This document shows positions 8,447-18,556 of a stretch of DNA of 58,136 bases, piece after piece. Under the pieces are notes generated by a model that had not been told where the DNA came from, searched no databases, and worked only from the letters and a program-made list of their open reading frames with translations. Made by a program: the position numbers and the translations under genes. How positions within the stretch are numbered: position 1 is the first letter of the stretch; the number at the start of each line of letters is the position of its first letter. The stretch lies in IMG/VR virus record IMGVR_UViG_3300022937_000026, positions 1 through 58,136 of that record, one strand, 5' to 3'. The DNA is from a virus. Lineage: Duplodnaviria > Caudoviricetes.

Positions 8447-9465
8447 TTATCTTTCTCTAAGTGTTCAAACAACCTTGCTGCAAAATATTGATGTGCTTTA
8501 GCACTAGGATGGCAGCATTTAGTAAACCAGTTGTTTGGTGTTCCTTTATTTTGAAACTCCCACATACCAGTGTTAGGATTGATTCCTTCTTTTGCTAAAC
8601 ACATTTGAGCAAAAGACTTTTGTCCGTCAGGATAAAACATTTTATCCCAAGGCCATTTTCTTATTAAACCGTCTGTGTGAGCAATCTGATCTCTATCTTG
8701 GAGTTCTCCAATGTCTTTAATTTCACACTCCATTGTTCTCCATATCTGTTTGTGCAATGCACTTTTAAAATTATCAACAGTATACATATGACCTTCAAAT
8801 GCAGGCGTAATTACTAATTTTGCATTGTGTAGTTTACACCATGTTTGTAACTCAATTACATTTGATAATTGTTCTAATATAACAAACTTATCTGAATACA
8901 GTGCTTCTGCATAACCTTTCCATAAAGTCTTTCTAGGTCCGGATTGACAATCATCTGGATGAGGCCACATAGTTTGAAACATTCCATGTCCGTCAAAATT
9001 GTCTGAAATAAAATCAAATCTTTCTGGACCACTTGGCATATAGATTACTATAATTTCATCTAATGATTCCCAATCAAATTGTGTGTATAAAGAAAGACAT
9101 TTAATAGTTGCTCTATTACCTCTACCCGCCATTCCGAAATTAATACAGGTATATTCTGATTTATAATAGAGCCTTGCTAAAATATTACCAAACGCATTAC
9201 TAAAATGCATTCTAGACCAGTCAATGGTTTTGTCAGGATTAACAGAAAGCATATTTTTATACTTGAGTAAAAGTCTTGCTCTACCTTTCTTATCAATGCG
9301 AGGAGTCATAGGCTTTCCTAATCTATCCATGCTCCATTCCATTGACTCATATAAATCTTGATCTACAGCACCTTGACCTTCTACAAAAGAACAACCTAAA
9401 GTTATTATTGCTTTCTTGGTTCTTCTAAGATCTGCTAATGCTTCTTTTACCTGCCAATAAAACAT
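8443..9465 (-). CDS. SGNH/GDSL-like hydrolase or acyltransferase
   Basis: LGCSFVEGQG, INFGMAGRGN and C-terminal CCHPSAKAH. Confidence 0.5.
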   Translation of the reverse strand: MFYWQVKEALADLRRTKKAIITLGCSFVEGQGAVDQDLYESMEWSMDRLGKPMTPRIDKKGRARLLLKYKNMLSVNPDKTIDWSRMHFSNAFGNILARLYYKSEYTCINFGMAGRGNRATIKCLSLYTQFDWESLDEIIVIYMPSGPERFDFISDNFDGHGMFQTMWPHPDDCQSGPRKTLWKGYAEALYSDKFVILEQLSNVIELQTWCKLHNAKLVITPAFEGHMYTVDNFKSALHKQIWRTMECEIKDIGELQDRDQIAHTDGLIRKWPWDKMFYPDGQKSFAQMCLAKEGINPNTGMWEFQNKGTPNNWFTKCCHPSAKAHQYFAARLFEHLEKDK

Positions 9466-9466
9466 T

Positions 9467-10777
9467 TTATCCTCCTACGTACTCTTGTATTTTTAAAACA
9501 GAAGAAGGAAGAACTCTTGTTGTGTTAGCCTTCAGAGTTTCAAAATTGTGTTCTAATATATCTTGCATTGAAGCATACCAATCTAATTTTTGTTTTTCTG
9601 ACATTGATTTTATTTTTAACAAATTGTCAATAATCGCTTGGTATCGTTCCCAAGTATTCATACTATCATATGATTCGTCTATAAATCCTTCAAACGTTTT
9701 ATATCCTAGTTCTTTTAAGTATGTTAAACTATTCTTATTGCCGCACATAATAAAAGGATGTCTTGCTGCAATTGGCTTAAAAGATTTCTCACTTATAAAA
9801 CAAGTGTTTTCTGCATATGACGCTTCACTTACTACACTTACCCAACTATCGCGAGTTTCTTGATGATATAAATCTCGTTCGTATTGACCTCCTAACGGGC
9901 CTTCGAACTCTCCTTTCATAAAATCATTTAAACCTTTTCTCGGATACATTGGTAATATTTTCAACAACTCTTGTTGTTCTTCTGGACTAATACTCTTTCC
10001 TTCATAAAACGAATTACCAAATGTGTTCATGCTGTTAAGTCCGTCATCTAAAAGATTATTTTTATACAGATAATAGAACATCCATATGCGATGCGGTCTT
10101 GCACGTTTCTGAAAGCAGTTATACAAATGTATTTTATTTTGAGATTTGTATGTTAAATGATCCTTTAATGTGGGCAATACACTTACTTGCTTTTGTGCAG
10201 AATCATAAATTAATTCTTCAAACTGTATATGTGGTACAACAAACAATTTAGTTTGTATGTTTTTGTTAGAACAATATGCTTCGTATTGTTTTTCTACTGA
10301 AAGATTGCCTGTAACGTAAATTACTCTATCAGGACTAACATCATATTTGTTACAACAGTCGTGAAACCAATCAAACAACCAATCAGTGTGATATCCTTCA
10401 TGAGACTGATCTAATAACAAATATGCTCGACGTTTTCGAAGTGCTCCTAACATTTTAGGATTGATATGTGCAAAAACCGACTTTCTTTTTTGTGCATACG
10501 GATCGTATACTTTTCCTAGATCAGTATATCCTGTCCAGTCCCAAGGAGAATGTGTTACTCCGCTAGGTATAATAAAATTCTTATATAATTTTCTATTTTT
10601 AAAATCATCTATTACTAAAGTTGTAGGATCATAATTTTCAAACTTTGTATTAAGAGTTTTAAATCTTGATAGCATTGCTAACATAGGACTTTGCGTAAAT
10701 CTTTTAATACCTGATGAATTTACTTCCGGTCCCCAAATACCTAGTTTACCAGAAACTCTATTAACAATAAAAATCAT
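9467..10777 (-). CDS. Putative glycosyltransferase (GT-B, GT10-like C-terminal motif)
   Basis: VSVVSE...FISEKSFKPIAARHPFIMCG...LGYKTF..FIDESYD resembles the (T/S)EK motif region of fucosyltransferase-like enzymes; operon context. Confidence 0.45.
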   Translation of the reverse strand: MIFIVNRVSGKLGIWGPEVNSSGIKRFTQSPMLAMLSRFKTLNTKFENYDPTTLVIDDFKNRKLYKNFIIPSGVTHSPWDWTGYTDLGKVYDPYAQKRKSVFAHINPKMLGALRKRRAYLLLDQSHEGYHTDWLFDWFHDCCNKYDVSPDRVIYVTGNLSVEKQYEAYCSNKNIQTKLFVVPHIQFEELIYDSAQKQVSVLPTLKDHLTYKSQNKIHLYNCFQKRARPHRIWMFYYLYKNNLLDDGLNSMNTFGNSFYEGKSISPEEQQELLKILPMYPRKGLNDFMKGEFEGPLGGQYERDLYHQETRDSWVSVVSEASYAENTCFISEKSFKPIAARHPFIMCGNKNSLTYLKELGYKTFEGFIDESYDSMNTWERYQAIIDNLLKIKSMSEKQKLDWYASMQDILEHNFETLKANTTRVLPSSVLKIQEYVGG

Positions 10778-11541
10778 TTTCTATCCCAATCGTCAACATC
10801 TGTACTCTTGATCTGACTTCTTCTTTTAATCAAATCTAAAATTTCTTGATTACCTTGTTGTTCTTGAGTAGGTGCAAACAATGCTCTCATTCTACTATCA
10901 TTGTTGCCAGGAGCAGTAAGATAATAAACAGCAATACTATTCCTAGTAAATTTAGATTGTACTTCTGTTGCTAGTCCGTGCCAACTATTCATAGTAGTAT
11001 CAAAGAAAATAGCCCTGTTAAACAATGGTGCAATTGTTTTGTTTAAACTTGTAGGTTTGTTATTGTCACTATTCCACAATCCAAAATCTCCACCCCACGA
11101 CTCTTTCCAGCCAGGAGTAAGATATAACAGTAAATTATATTTTCTTTGCAATCCAAGTTTAGGATGTATGTTATAATCTAAATGCGGATTTAACTTTCCT
11201 TTGTTAGGATGTATATGCCAGCCACCGCCATGAAGTCCTGGATCAGAAAATAATACATCTTCAGTTAGTTTAGAAATTAAATCTACAAAGTATGTAGAGT
11301 TTAGAAAACTAATCAGTCGATATGTATTTGCTGGAAATCTATCCCATACATTACAAGTTTTTTTAAGTTCGATAGCATTATCATAATTTCCGTTATATGC
11401 ATCTGAAGTATATTCTGGAAATTCTTTAGCCACTAACTCTGCAAATTCAGGTAGTAAAAAATTATCTATCACACAATGAGGATAAGGATCTGCTTTTTTA
11501 AAATCTGTAAATGAACGAGTTATGTTTTCAAAATTTATCAT
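10774..11541 (-). CDS. 2OG-Fe(II) dioxygenase
   Basis: GGGWHIH, HxD motif PHLDY, WGGDFGLW, FNRAIFF..SWHG and TRNSIA; start ATG 11541 overlaps the rmlB stop. Confidence 0.85.
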   Translation of the reverse strand: MINFENITRSFTDFKKADPYPHCVIDNFLLPEFAELVAKEFPEYTSDAYNGNYDNAIELKKTCNVWDRFPANTYRLISFLNSTYFVDLISKLTEDVLFSDPGLHGGGWHIHPNKGKLNPHLDYNIHPKLGLQRKYNLLLYLTPGWKESWGGDFGLWNSDNNKPTSLNKTIAPLFNRAIFFDTTMNSWHGLATEVQSKFTRNSIAVYYLTAPGNNDSRMRALFAPTQEQQGNQEILDLIKRRSQIKSTDVDDWDRK

Positions 11542-12563
11542 ACTACCAGCCATCTGTCATTTTTCAATGACCAATGTACAACTTCCTCTAACTTATCATA
11601 AACTGAACTAGGTGTCCAGCCCATATCTGCCATCTTCGATCCATCAAGTGCATATCTTAAATCATGGCCAGGTCTTGAACTATGGAAATCTACCATTTCG
11701 TAATTTAAAGGCTTATGTTGAACATCAGCAATAAACTGTGCTAGTTCAAGATTGTTAATTTCTGCACTTCCTACAATATTAAACTTCTGACACTTAGCAC
11801 CTGTTTCGTCCGGCTCTAATTTACTTAGATCGTAATTGTATAAAAACATTAATGCATCAGCAACATCTTTTGCATGGATATAATGCCTTGATCCTGCAAC
11901 TGTTTTGGCTGCGTTAGAATGTACAGTAACCTTTTCATTATCTCTAACTTTTTTAATACACATAGGAATATATTTTTCAGCATTTTGTCTTTCACCAAAT
12001 ACATTCATAGTATGTGTAATAATGCTAGGTAATCCGTATGTGTTTTCATAAGCAACTACAAGTTCTTCTGCACCTGCTTTAGAAGCACTATATGGATTGG
12101 TGCTGTTATAACGATCATTCTCTTTATATTTTACATTTCCAGGTGCAGGCCCAAATATTTCATCTGTACTGAAATAAGCAAACATATCTAAACTGTCTAA
12201 ATTACGAGCATAATCTAATAAGTTTGTTGTGCCTACAACATTGTCTAACACAAATTCCATTGGATACGAAATACTTCTGTCAACATGAGATCCTGCTGCT
12301 AGGTGTGCAATTAAATCAACTTTGCCTATCATAGATCTAATTTGAGGATTTAGTTCTGCTTTTAAATCATGATGTACTATTCTTACACGTTTACGTTCTG
12401 ATTCCGGATACGTCATCATAACTTCGTGTAATCTATTTAGATTACCGCTGTAGTCTAATCTGTCTAGAGTAACTATACGCCAATCTGTTTCTTTTAAAAT
12501 TTTGTCAACTAGATGATGTGCTATGAAACCTGCACCACCTGTAACTAATACTGTTTTACTCAT
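11538..12563 (-). CDS. rmlB: dTDP-glucose 4,6-dehydratase (extended SDR)
   Basis: VLVTGGAGFIA, HLAAGSHVDRSI, STDE, YSASK and RPGHDLRYALD. Confidence 0.88.
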   Translation of the reverse strand: MSKTVLVTGGAGFIAHHLVDKILKETDWRIVTLDRLDYSGNLNRLHEVMMTYPESERKRVRIVHHDLKAELNPQIRSMIGKVDLIAHLAAGSHVDRSISYPMEFVLDNVVGTTNLLDYARNLDSLDMFAYFSTDEIFGPAPGNVKYKENDRYNSTNPYSASKAGAEELVVAYENTYGLPSIITHTMNVFGERQNAEKYIPMCIKKVRDNEKVTVHSNAAKTVAGSRHYIHAKDVADALMFLYNYDLSKLEPDETGAKCQKFNIVGSAEINNLELAQFIADVQHKPLNYEMVDFHSSRPGHDLRYALDGSKMADMGWTPSSVYDKLEEVVHWSLKNDRWLVV

Positions 12564-13929
12564 TTGCTATATCCTGTGTTAAATTATAGAAGCCTAACAA
12601 CTCTGGAAATGTTTCTTTAAAACTTGTTCCTCTTCTCTTGTCATATTCGTTAAACCAATTGTAAAAATCTTTTCTACCTTCAATTAGTCTTTCATCTGAA
12701 TAATTTGTTGCTGCCATATAATCTACAACACGTCTAAACTTTTCATACTCTAGTATGCTAAATTTATGTCTGTCCATATCATCTAAGTTTGCAGCGATAA
12801 ACTGTAGATGTTGTTTCATGTATGGTACGAATTCTTCTTTTGGTAGTATATTCATATCATACTGTAAAGGTTCTTTAAGATATGGTGTATCAAAACGTAT
12901 ACGTTGCCATTTAGTTTGATCATTGCTATTATATTTTACACGCCATTCTAAAACTTTTTCTAAAAACTTATTAAAATTAGTAACGGTTAAAATATTAAAT
13001 GTTACCATAAATGTAAGTGGAAGATTCGTTTTTGTCATGTATGTGTCAAAGTTCTTTTCCCATACAGTTAAATCTAATCCAGTTCTGATGTATTCAGCTT
13101 GTGGTCCCCAGGTATCCATACTAGTAAAAACTTTAAAATCTTTAATGCAGCCTTTTTCTAATAGACTGTTTACTTTATCAGTGAACCTTTCAATTAAAAT
13201 AGGCTTAACACCAAAGTTACTATTAATGTTAAGTTCTAACCATGGGCAAGGATTCTTTTCAAGTTCATCAAACATACGCCATGTACTTTGTTGAAGTAAA
13301 GGCTCACCGCCTGTTATTCTTAAAATTGTTAAAGTCTTACGTACTTCAGGCCACCATTGCCACCATGCCTTTACATAAGGATTATTTTCTTCTTCATAAA
13401 TTGTAAACCAATCGATATCATTTCTATGATTTTTAACCATAGTATACGGACCGTGATCTCTTATTTCTTTATGATACGAACTAGAATGTTTAGGATGACA
13501 ATAGCCGCATTTAAAATTACATTCATTACCGAATGATATTTCTATGTACTGCGGATTAACATCTCCAAGAGGGTTATTTTTAATTGCCTCAAATCTTTCT
13601 TTAGTATAGATACTAGCATTTCTTTCTTTCCTGTCAGATATATAGTCTTTGCCCATGCATTCAATATTCCAACAATATTGGCATCCGCTAGGCTTCTCTC
13701 CGGAAATCATTTGTTGTCTTTCTGCTTTTTTTTGAGGAGTATTATGCAGCAGACTTGGATTTTCTTCAAGTCCACCTAGCGGAATCTTGTGAGGAGCGGG
13801 ATGATAACAACTATGTGTTTCGCCTGTTTGCATATAGATAGTCGTATGGTGCCATTTCGCTAAACAAAAAGTAGGCGATATTTCATCCATCATAGGTTCA
13901 AAACTTTGTATACGTTCTTTATCTTTCAT
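12556..13929 (-). CDS. Radical SAM protein with an N-terminal Cys-rich (Twitch/SPASM-like) domain
   Basis: CNFKCGYC (CX3CX2C), ITGGEPLL and EYIRTG; extra cysteines in CLAKW..HSCYH..GCQYCW; likely start MKDKERIQ at 13929. Confidence 0.8.
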   Translation of the reverse strand: MKDKERIQSFEPMMDEISPTFCLAKWHHTTIYMQTGETHSCYHPAPHKIPLGGLEENPSLLHNTPQKKAERQQMISGEKPSGCQYCWNIECMGKDYISDRKERNASIYTKERFEAIKNNPLGDVNPQYIEISFGNECNFKCGYCHPKHSSSYHKEIRDHGPYTMVKNHRNDIDWFTIYEEENNPYVKAWWQWWPEVRKTLTILRITGGEPLLQQSTWRMFDELEKNPCPWLELNINSNFGVKPILIERFTDKVNSLLEKGCIKDFKVFTSMDTWGPQAEYIRTGLDLTVWEKNFDTYMTKTNLPLTFMVTFNILTVTNFNKFLEKVLEWRVKYNSNDQTKWQRIRFDTPYLKEPLQYDMNILPKEEFVPYMKQHLQFIAANLDDMDRHKFSILEYEKFRRVVDYMAATNYSDERLIEGRKDFYNWFNEYDKRRGTSFKETFPELLGFYNLTQDIANE

Positions 13930-14968
13930 TGAACCTTTCCTGTAACCATTCAAAATCATTAATCTTTTTAAGAGCTTCTACATTTGTACTATTTTCTACA
14001 CCGTATTTTCTTCCAGCTCTTGCACCTTGTATAGCATAGTCGCCAAAGTCTCTTTCTCTACCATATGTAGAGCACCATCTAGACAACCTCATATCTGTTT
14101 CGTCATCATTTTGTCCTTTGATAGTTCGACTTCCTAACTTACAACATTCTCTAAAAGCACTTTTCCATGTACTAAAAGGATCTGTATTAAAAGCAGTGAT
14201 GTTGCTTACCTGTTCCATTACTCTAAAACTGTCAGATATGCTTGTTGTCATATCAGGGCTATTTGTATCCATATCAATGGTCATTTGTCTTGGAAACAAT
14301 TTTACTCCACCATATCCGTACTCTAAATCAGTAATCGGATTTTTGCTACGCCATACATATACACTTTTTCTTGCGTTGAAATCGTAATAAGGTATTTGCA
14401 TATTAAAATTAAAATCGGAAAGCAATTGTGCATCTGCATCTACAATATAAAACATTTCTGTAGAACATAACATTGCTGCTTCTTTGTGTGCATTGTGTAT
14501 TCCTTTAATATCTTTAATCCATTTAGCGTGTGGTGCTTTTTCTAAAAGTTTTTTATAATTTTCTTCTGCACTAGATTCATGATAAGAAATAAATGCTACA
14601 TCATATTGTTTAGGTTGACTTGCTATAATGTCTACTTCTTTTTTATTTGTAAAAAATCTATAATCCCATTCTCTTTGTAATACTTTTGAGTTTTTAGGAA
14701 AGATACACGGACCGTCAAAGAAATTTCCGTTTTTAAAAACATGAATGTATGCTTCGTCCCACTTAGGTATTTTATAATCTAAATCAAAATCATCAGCAAT
14801 ATCTAAGTGATCCCAGATAACCCAAAAATGTTTTGTTAAAGATTTTTTCGATACTGTTTCAAAAGAATTACAGTTCTCTACTTTCTGAGCATTAGAAAAC
14901 CTTTGCTGGAATTCAATCCATACATCGTTATCTATCATACCACTGCTGACAAAAAATATATCATACAT
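13919..14968 (-). CDS. Putative GT-A fold glycosyltransferase with a duplicated domain
   Basis: YDVAFISYHE, KGIHNAHKEAA, DxD motif IVDADA, YGYGGVKL and AFRECCK; the N-terminal third is a degenerate copy (MYDIFFVS...). Confidence 0.6.
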   Translation of the reverse strand: MYDIFFVSSGMIDNDVWIEFQQRFSNAQKVENCNSFETVSKKSLTKHFWVIWDHLDIADDFDLDYKIPKWDEAYIHVFKNGNFFDGPCIFPKNSKVLQREWDYRFFTNKKEVDIIASQPKQYDVAFISYHESSAEENYKKLLEKAPHAKWIKDIKGIHNAHKEAAMLCSTEMFYIVDADAQLLSDFNFNMQIPYYDFNARKSVYVWRSKNPITDLEYGYGGVKLFPRQMTIDMDTNSPDMTTSISDSFRVMEQVSNITAFNTDPFSTWKSAFRECCKLGSRTIKGQNDDETDMRLSRWCSTYGRERDFGDYAIQGARAGRKYGVENSTNVEALKKINDFEWLQERFNER

Positions 14969-15866
14969 ATTCTTTACTATAATAGGTTGTACCCATGTTT
15001 AACGATTCTTCATATAACGAAACAAGGTATTCACTTTCAGGTGGATCAAAAGTGGGCCAGTTGAATCCCAGTTTATTTTTAATTTCTTCGCCGAGCCATT
15101 TAGTTTTATCAACTAGCTCTATCTCATTTTGTTCGTACTGTGCAGAGTCTTTAGCATAAAGTTCTGTCAAATAATCAAAATCTCTAACTTGCACATGATC
15201 CCAATCAGTACAGTTAGTCATGTATGTTCCTAGTCTTGCACCGTATATTGCCCACAAACCATTTTCAACGTGACTGCCTACTGTTGACCACATACGTAAT
15301 CTATGTAAGTTATGCCACCATATACGTTGTGCTATTTCTTGTGGAGGAACTTTAATACCTCCATCTAGTGTCATTTTAACACCCTCTCGGAATCCTGCTC
15401 GCCATGCCATGAATGGTGTTGCATTAATAATAGTATCACTGTAGGTCTTAGGAAAATTTCTATATCCATCTTCCCAACAGAAATCAACCTGAGCTCTTTC
15501 ACTGTCTGAGTTTTCATGTGTTTTCATATTAAGCACATGGTCTTTCTTCCAAAGTTTTAAACCACCATTACCATACCGAAGTCCGTTAACATTGTTCTTA
15601 CCGCACCAACTATATGCTCGGATATTAGGATTGTCCATGTCTATTTCAATGTCAAAGAATTCCGGATAGACTATATTGTCAGCATCAACAGTTAACACCC
15701 AGTCTGTTTCGCTTTGCTCTGCTGCTGCTTTATGAGCATGGTCTGATCCTTTTACACCGTGTATTCTTTTAGCCCAAGGCACTTTATTACATAGATCAGC
15801 GTAATGCAAATCTGCATTAGGCTCATCGTAACTTAAAAAGAAAACATCAAACTCAACTACTCTCAT
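14961..15866 (-). CDS. Putative GT-A fold glycosyltransferase (paralog of 13919-14968)
   Basis: FDVFFLSYDE, KGSDHAHKAAA, TVDADN, YGNGGLKL and GFREGVK. Confidence 0.6.
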   Translation of the reverse strand: MRVVEFDVFFLSYDEPNADLHYADLCNKVPWAKRIHGVKGSDHAHKAAAEQSETDWVLTVDADNIVYPEFFDIEIDMDNPNIRAYSWCGKNNVNGLRYGNGGLKLWKKDHVLNMKTHENSDSERAQVDFCWEDGYRNFPKTYSDTIINATPFMAWRAGFREGVKMTLDGGIKVPPQEIAQRIWWHNLHRLRMWSTVGSHVENGLWAIYGARLGTYMTNCTDWDHVQVRDFDYLTELYAKDSAQYEQNEIELVDKTKWLGEEIKNKLGFNWPTFDPPESEYLVSLYEESLNMGTTYYSKEYV

Positions 15867-16501
15867 AATATTTCCATCTCGTAATACTTTAATAAACGTC
15901 TTGTATAAATGCTAAATTTTTCTGGATACTTGATATTTTCAAAAGTAACCCCTGTCTCTATTACTTCATCTAATGTAGCATTTACAGATGTATACTGTAA
16001 ATGAGGATCATTATAAGCAGTAATCATAAAATTCATTTCTGTATCACCTGACCAAAAGATTTTTCTTTTCGCAAATGAACCGTCTATTTTCTTAGTACCG
16101 CCGTATTCTTCACTTAGCTCTACTTTCAAAGTATTATTTTTAGTATCCGCAGTAACATAAACGTCAGGTTTTTCAAACTCACTCCATCTATGTTCTACAA
16201 TTCTATGTAATACATCATCCATTGTCCAAAGATTTTTTTCTTCAACAATTTCTAAACTTCCAGATGTGCTATCAACATAACATTTAAAAATATTAACTTC
16301 ACCGCTTGTAATTCTTAAGGCAGTTTCTTCGTCAATATCTAGTTGATGCTTATATGTGTCTGTATTGATAGAATAGTCTGGACCTACGCATTGTACTTTT
16401 CCAGTTTCAGGATCATATGCCGCTACGTAATTAATTACAGGTGGCGTATAATTTTTTAACCATTCATCAAAATCTGGAAGATCGTCTCTTACTTTTTCCA
16501 T
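15863..16501 (-). CDS. Hypothetical protein
   Basis: GGAGG SD; coupled within the operon. Confidence 0.75.
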   Translation of the reverse strand: MEKVRDDLPDFDEWLKNYTPPVINYVAAYDPETGKVQCVGPDYSINTDTYKHQLDIDEETALRITSGEVNIFKCYVDSTSGSLEIVEEKNLWTMDDVLHRIVEHRWSEFEKPDVYVTADTKNNTLKVELSEEYGGTKKIDGSFAKRKIFWSGDTEMNFMITAYNDPHLQYTSVNATLDEVIETGVTFENIKYPEKFSIYTRRLLKYYEMEIL

Positions 16502-17331
16502 GCTATTTCCTCCAAAACATTTATTGTTTCTTTTGTTATTTTATTTTTCTCAACATAATGTACTATATCAGTTTGTTGATAATTGCCTATCTTTAATTTT
16601 GCATTTTCATCAAAATAAAATCCTACATAGTCAGTAACTACATTTGCTAAATGAGGCCAGTTCTGAACATTACCTTTTAAATGTACAACACGTGGAAAGT
16701 CTAACGGATACGAAATCTCATCACTAATATCTAATATCTTTGATGCTAGTGCGAATGCTTCGTCAGTTCCTACGACTTTAGGTTTATACTTTGATAAAAA
16801 TCTATTTGAATATTCTGTAGGATTTTTAATAATGCTACGTCCAAGTTCAAAAAATTCTTTAGCAAGTTTACTATCTTTCTTAAAGAATGTATAAAAACTA
16901 TAAAGATTAGGTAATTCATTTTCAGTAAAACATTTTCTATAGAAGTTACTAGTTACAAGTTCACCTCTGTATGTGTATGCTTTGTTAGCAATGTACAGTT
17001 CTGTTTCATTGCTAATAAAATATTCAACCCAATGACTATAATCTCTAAAGAATAACATATCTGCATCTAAGCAAACTGTGTGTTCATAAGGTGTAAGTGT
17101 ATCCATATATGATCTTACGTCCCAACCTTCTGGACCGTTAAACTCGATTATTTCATCAAACACCCAATTAGAACGCTCTTCTTGAATTAAACTCTTGTCA
17201 TTAATAACTAAAGAAACATTATCATATCCCTCTTTCTGTGTATTCTTAATACTTAGAGCAAGTGCATATGCTAAATCATAATAATTAGATTCGTGTGTTT
17301 CGTTAACAAAAATCAAATAACCAAATTTCAT
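16489..17331 (-). CDS. Putative GT-A (GT8-like) glycosyltransferase
   Basis: ALALSIK, TPYEHTVCLDADMLF (DxD), GTDEAFA and VHLK. Confidence 0.6.
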   Translation of the reverse strand: MKFGYLIFVNETHESNYYDLAYALALSIKNTQKEGYDNVSLVINDKSLIQEERSNWVFDEIIEFNGPEGWDVRSYMDTLTPYEHTVCLDADMLFFRDYSHWVEYFISNETELYIANKAYTYRGELVTSNFYRKCFTENELPNLYSFYTFFKKDSKLAKEFFELGRSIIKNPTEYSNRFLSKYKPKVVGTDEAFALASKILDISDEISYPLDFPRVVHLKGNVQNWPHLANVVTDYVGFYFDENAKLKIGNYQQTDIVHYVEKNKITKETINVLEEIAWKK

Positions 17332-18185
17332 ATTAACTCCATCAACTTATCTATATTTCTTACAATAGAAGATTTATTCATAATATGAATATCTCTATTG
17401 GCAATACTTGTAGTTACAAAACCTTCTCTGTTGTTTAATAGCAGTGTTAATTTTCCCTTAGGATCAACATCAAATAATACATCTCTGTCAATTGAAGATA
17501 AAACAGATGGCAATCTATAATCATTATCTGTTTCAAACCCATACATAATGTGTCTAGCAATACTAAAACTAATATCATTTCTATATAAGCGTGGGTCAAA
17601 CCTATATAGATCTGCAAATCTTCTATAATTTACTCTTACATAGTTTACAAGATCAAAAAATGTTTTTGATTCTTCATTTTTTGTAAACATTACAGTAGTT
17701 GCCCACAATAATTTTACACCCGTATCACTAACATATCGATCAAGATAACCTATTCTATCTGATCCTTGGACATCATTATAGTCTGATGATATTAGTAAAC
17801 TACTATCTGTATCCCAATAATTGTTAAGTGTATCTGATAAAATAAAAAAATCTGTATCAATCATTAATGTTCTATCATAAGGAGTAACATCCCACACTGT
17901 TCCTCTATTTGTATTTTTAAACAATGTGGTAAATTTGTTCACGCCATCATTTAGATAACGCATTTGATCTTCATGGGGACGATCGACTGAAATTATATCG
18001 TCGAATACTTTAAGTGCGGTTTTCCAGTCATTAGATTTACGCATCCAATCAACAGTTGATGGATCAGTTACCATACTAACAGGAACTTTTAGATTTTTCT
18101 TAGCAAGACCGCCGGCAACAATTGCCATTTTAGCATAATCTAATTGCCTATTATTATGTGCATATAAGATTACACCTTTTTTCAT
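17328..18185 (-). CDS. Putative GT-A (GT8-like) glycosyltransferase (paralog of 16489-17331)
   Basis: TPYDRTLMIDTDFF (DxD), RNDISFSIA and IHIMNK. Confidence 0.6.
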   Translation of the reverse strand: MKKGVILYAHNNRQLDYAKMAIVAGGLAKKNLKVPVSMVTDPSTVDWMRKSNDWKTALKVFDDIISVDRPHEDQMRYLNDGVNKFTTLFKNTNRGTVWDVTPYDRTLMIDTDFFILSDTLNNYWDTDSSLLISSDYNDVQGSDRIGYLDRYVSDTGVKLLWATTVMFTKNEESKTFFDLVNYVRVNYRRFADLYRFDPRLYRNDISFSIARHIMYGFETDNDYRLPSVLSSIDRDVLFDVDPKGKLTLLLNNREGFVTTSIANRDIHIMNKSSIVRNIDKLMELI

Positions 18186-18529
18186 TCTACCAACGCTTCA
18201 ACAGATCTACTCTTTTTAATTTTTTGATATTCTTCCATGTACTCAAATGTCGATTGAAAATATCTGTCAAAGATATCCTCTTTAAAAACATTCAAGTCTT
18301 CGACAATAACAGGATTGTCATTAATATCCAAAAGAACCACATTCTCTGATCTTCCTTTGTTTACTAACATTTCAACAAAAGTTAATAGAGTTCTATCAAT
18401 TTTAAAAATCCCACCATTATAACCAAAGGTTAATTTGGCATCAATTTTTTCTTTGAGTGTCTTGCGTTGAATATTAAGCGTTTGTCGATAGTTAGAGAAC
18501 TCTAACGCTTTTTTATATTCTTCTTCCAT
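18182..18529 (-). CDS. Hypothetical phage protein
   Basis: GAGGAG SD; first gene of the modification operon. Confidence 0.8.
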   Translation of the reverse strand: MEEEYKKALEFSNYRQTLNIQRKTLKEKIDAKLTFGYNGGIFKIDRTLLTFVEMLVNKGRSENVVLLDINDNPVIVEDLNVFKEDIFDRYFQSTFEYMEEYQKIKKSRSVEALVE

Positions 18530-18556
18530 ATAATACTCCTCATTATATACGCATAT

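Noticed and set aside
7673-18529. Host-derived LPS/O-antigen island or a bacterial chromosome segment
   Set aside because: There are no wzx, wzy, rmlA or rmlC genes, composition matches the flanking phage genes, and the operon is contiguous and co-oriented with the tail module.
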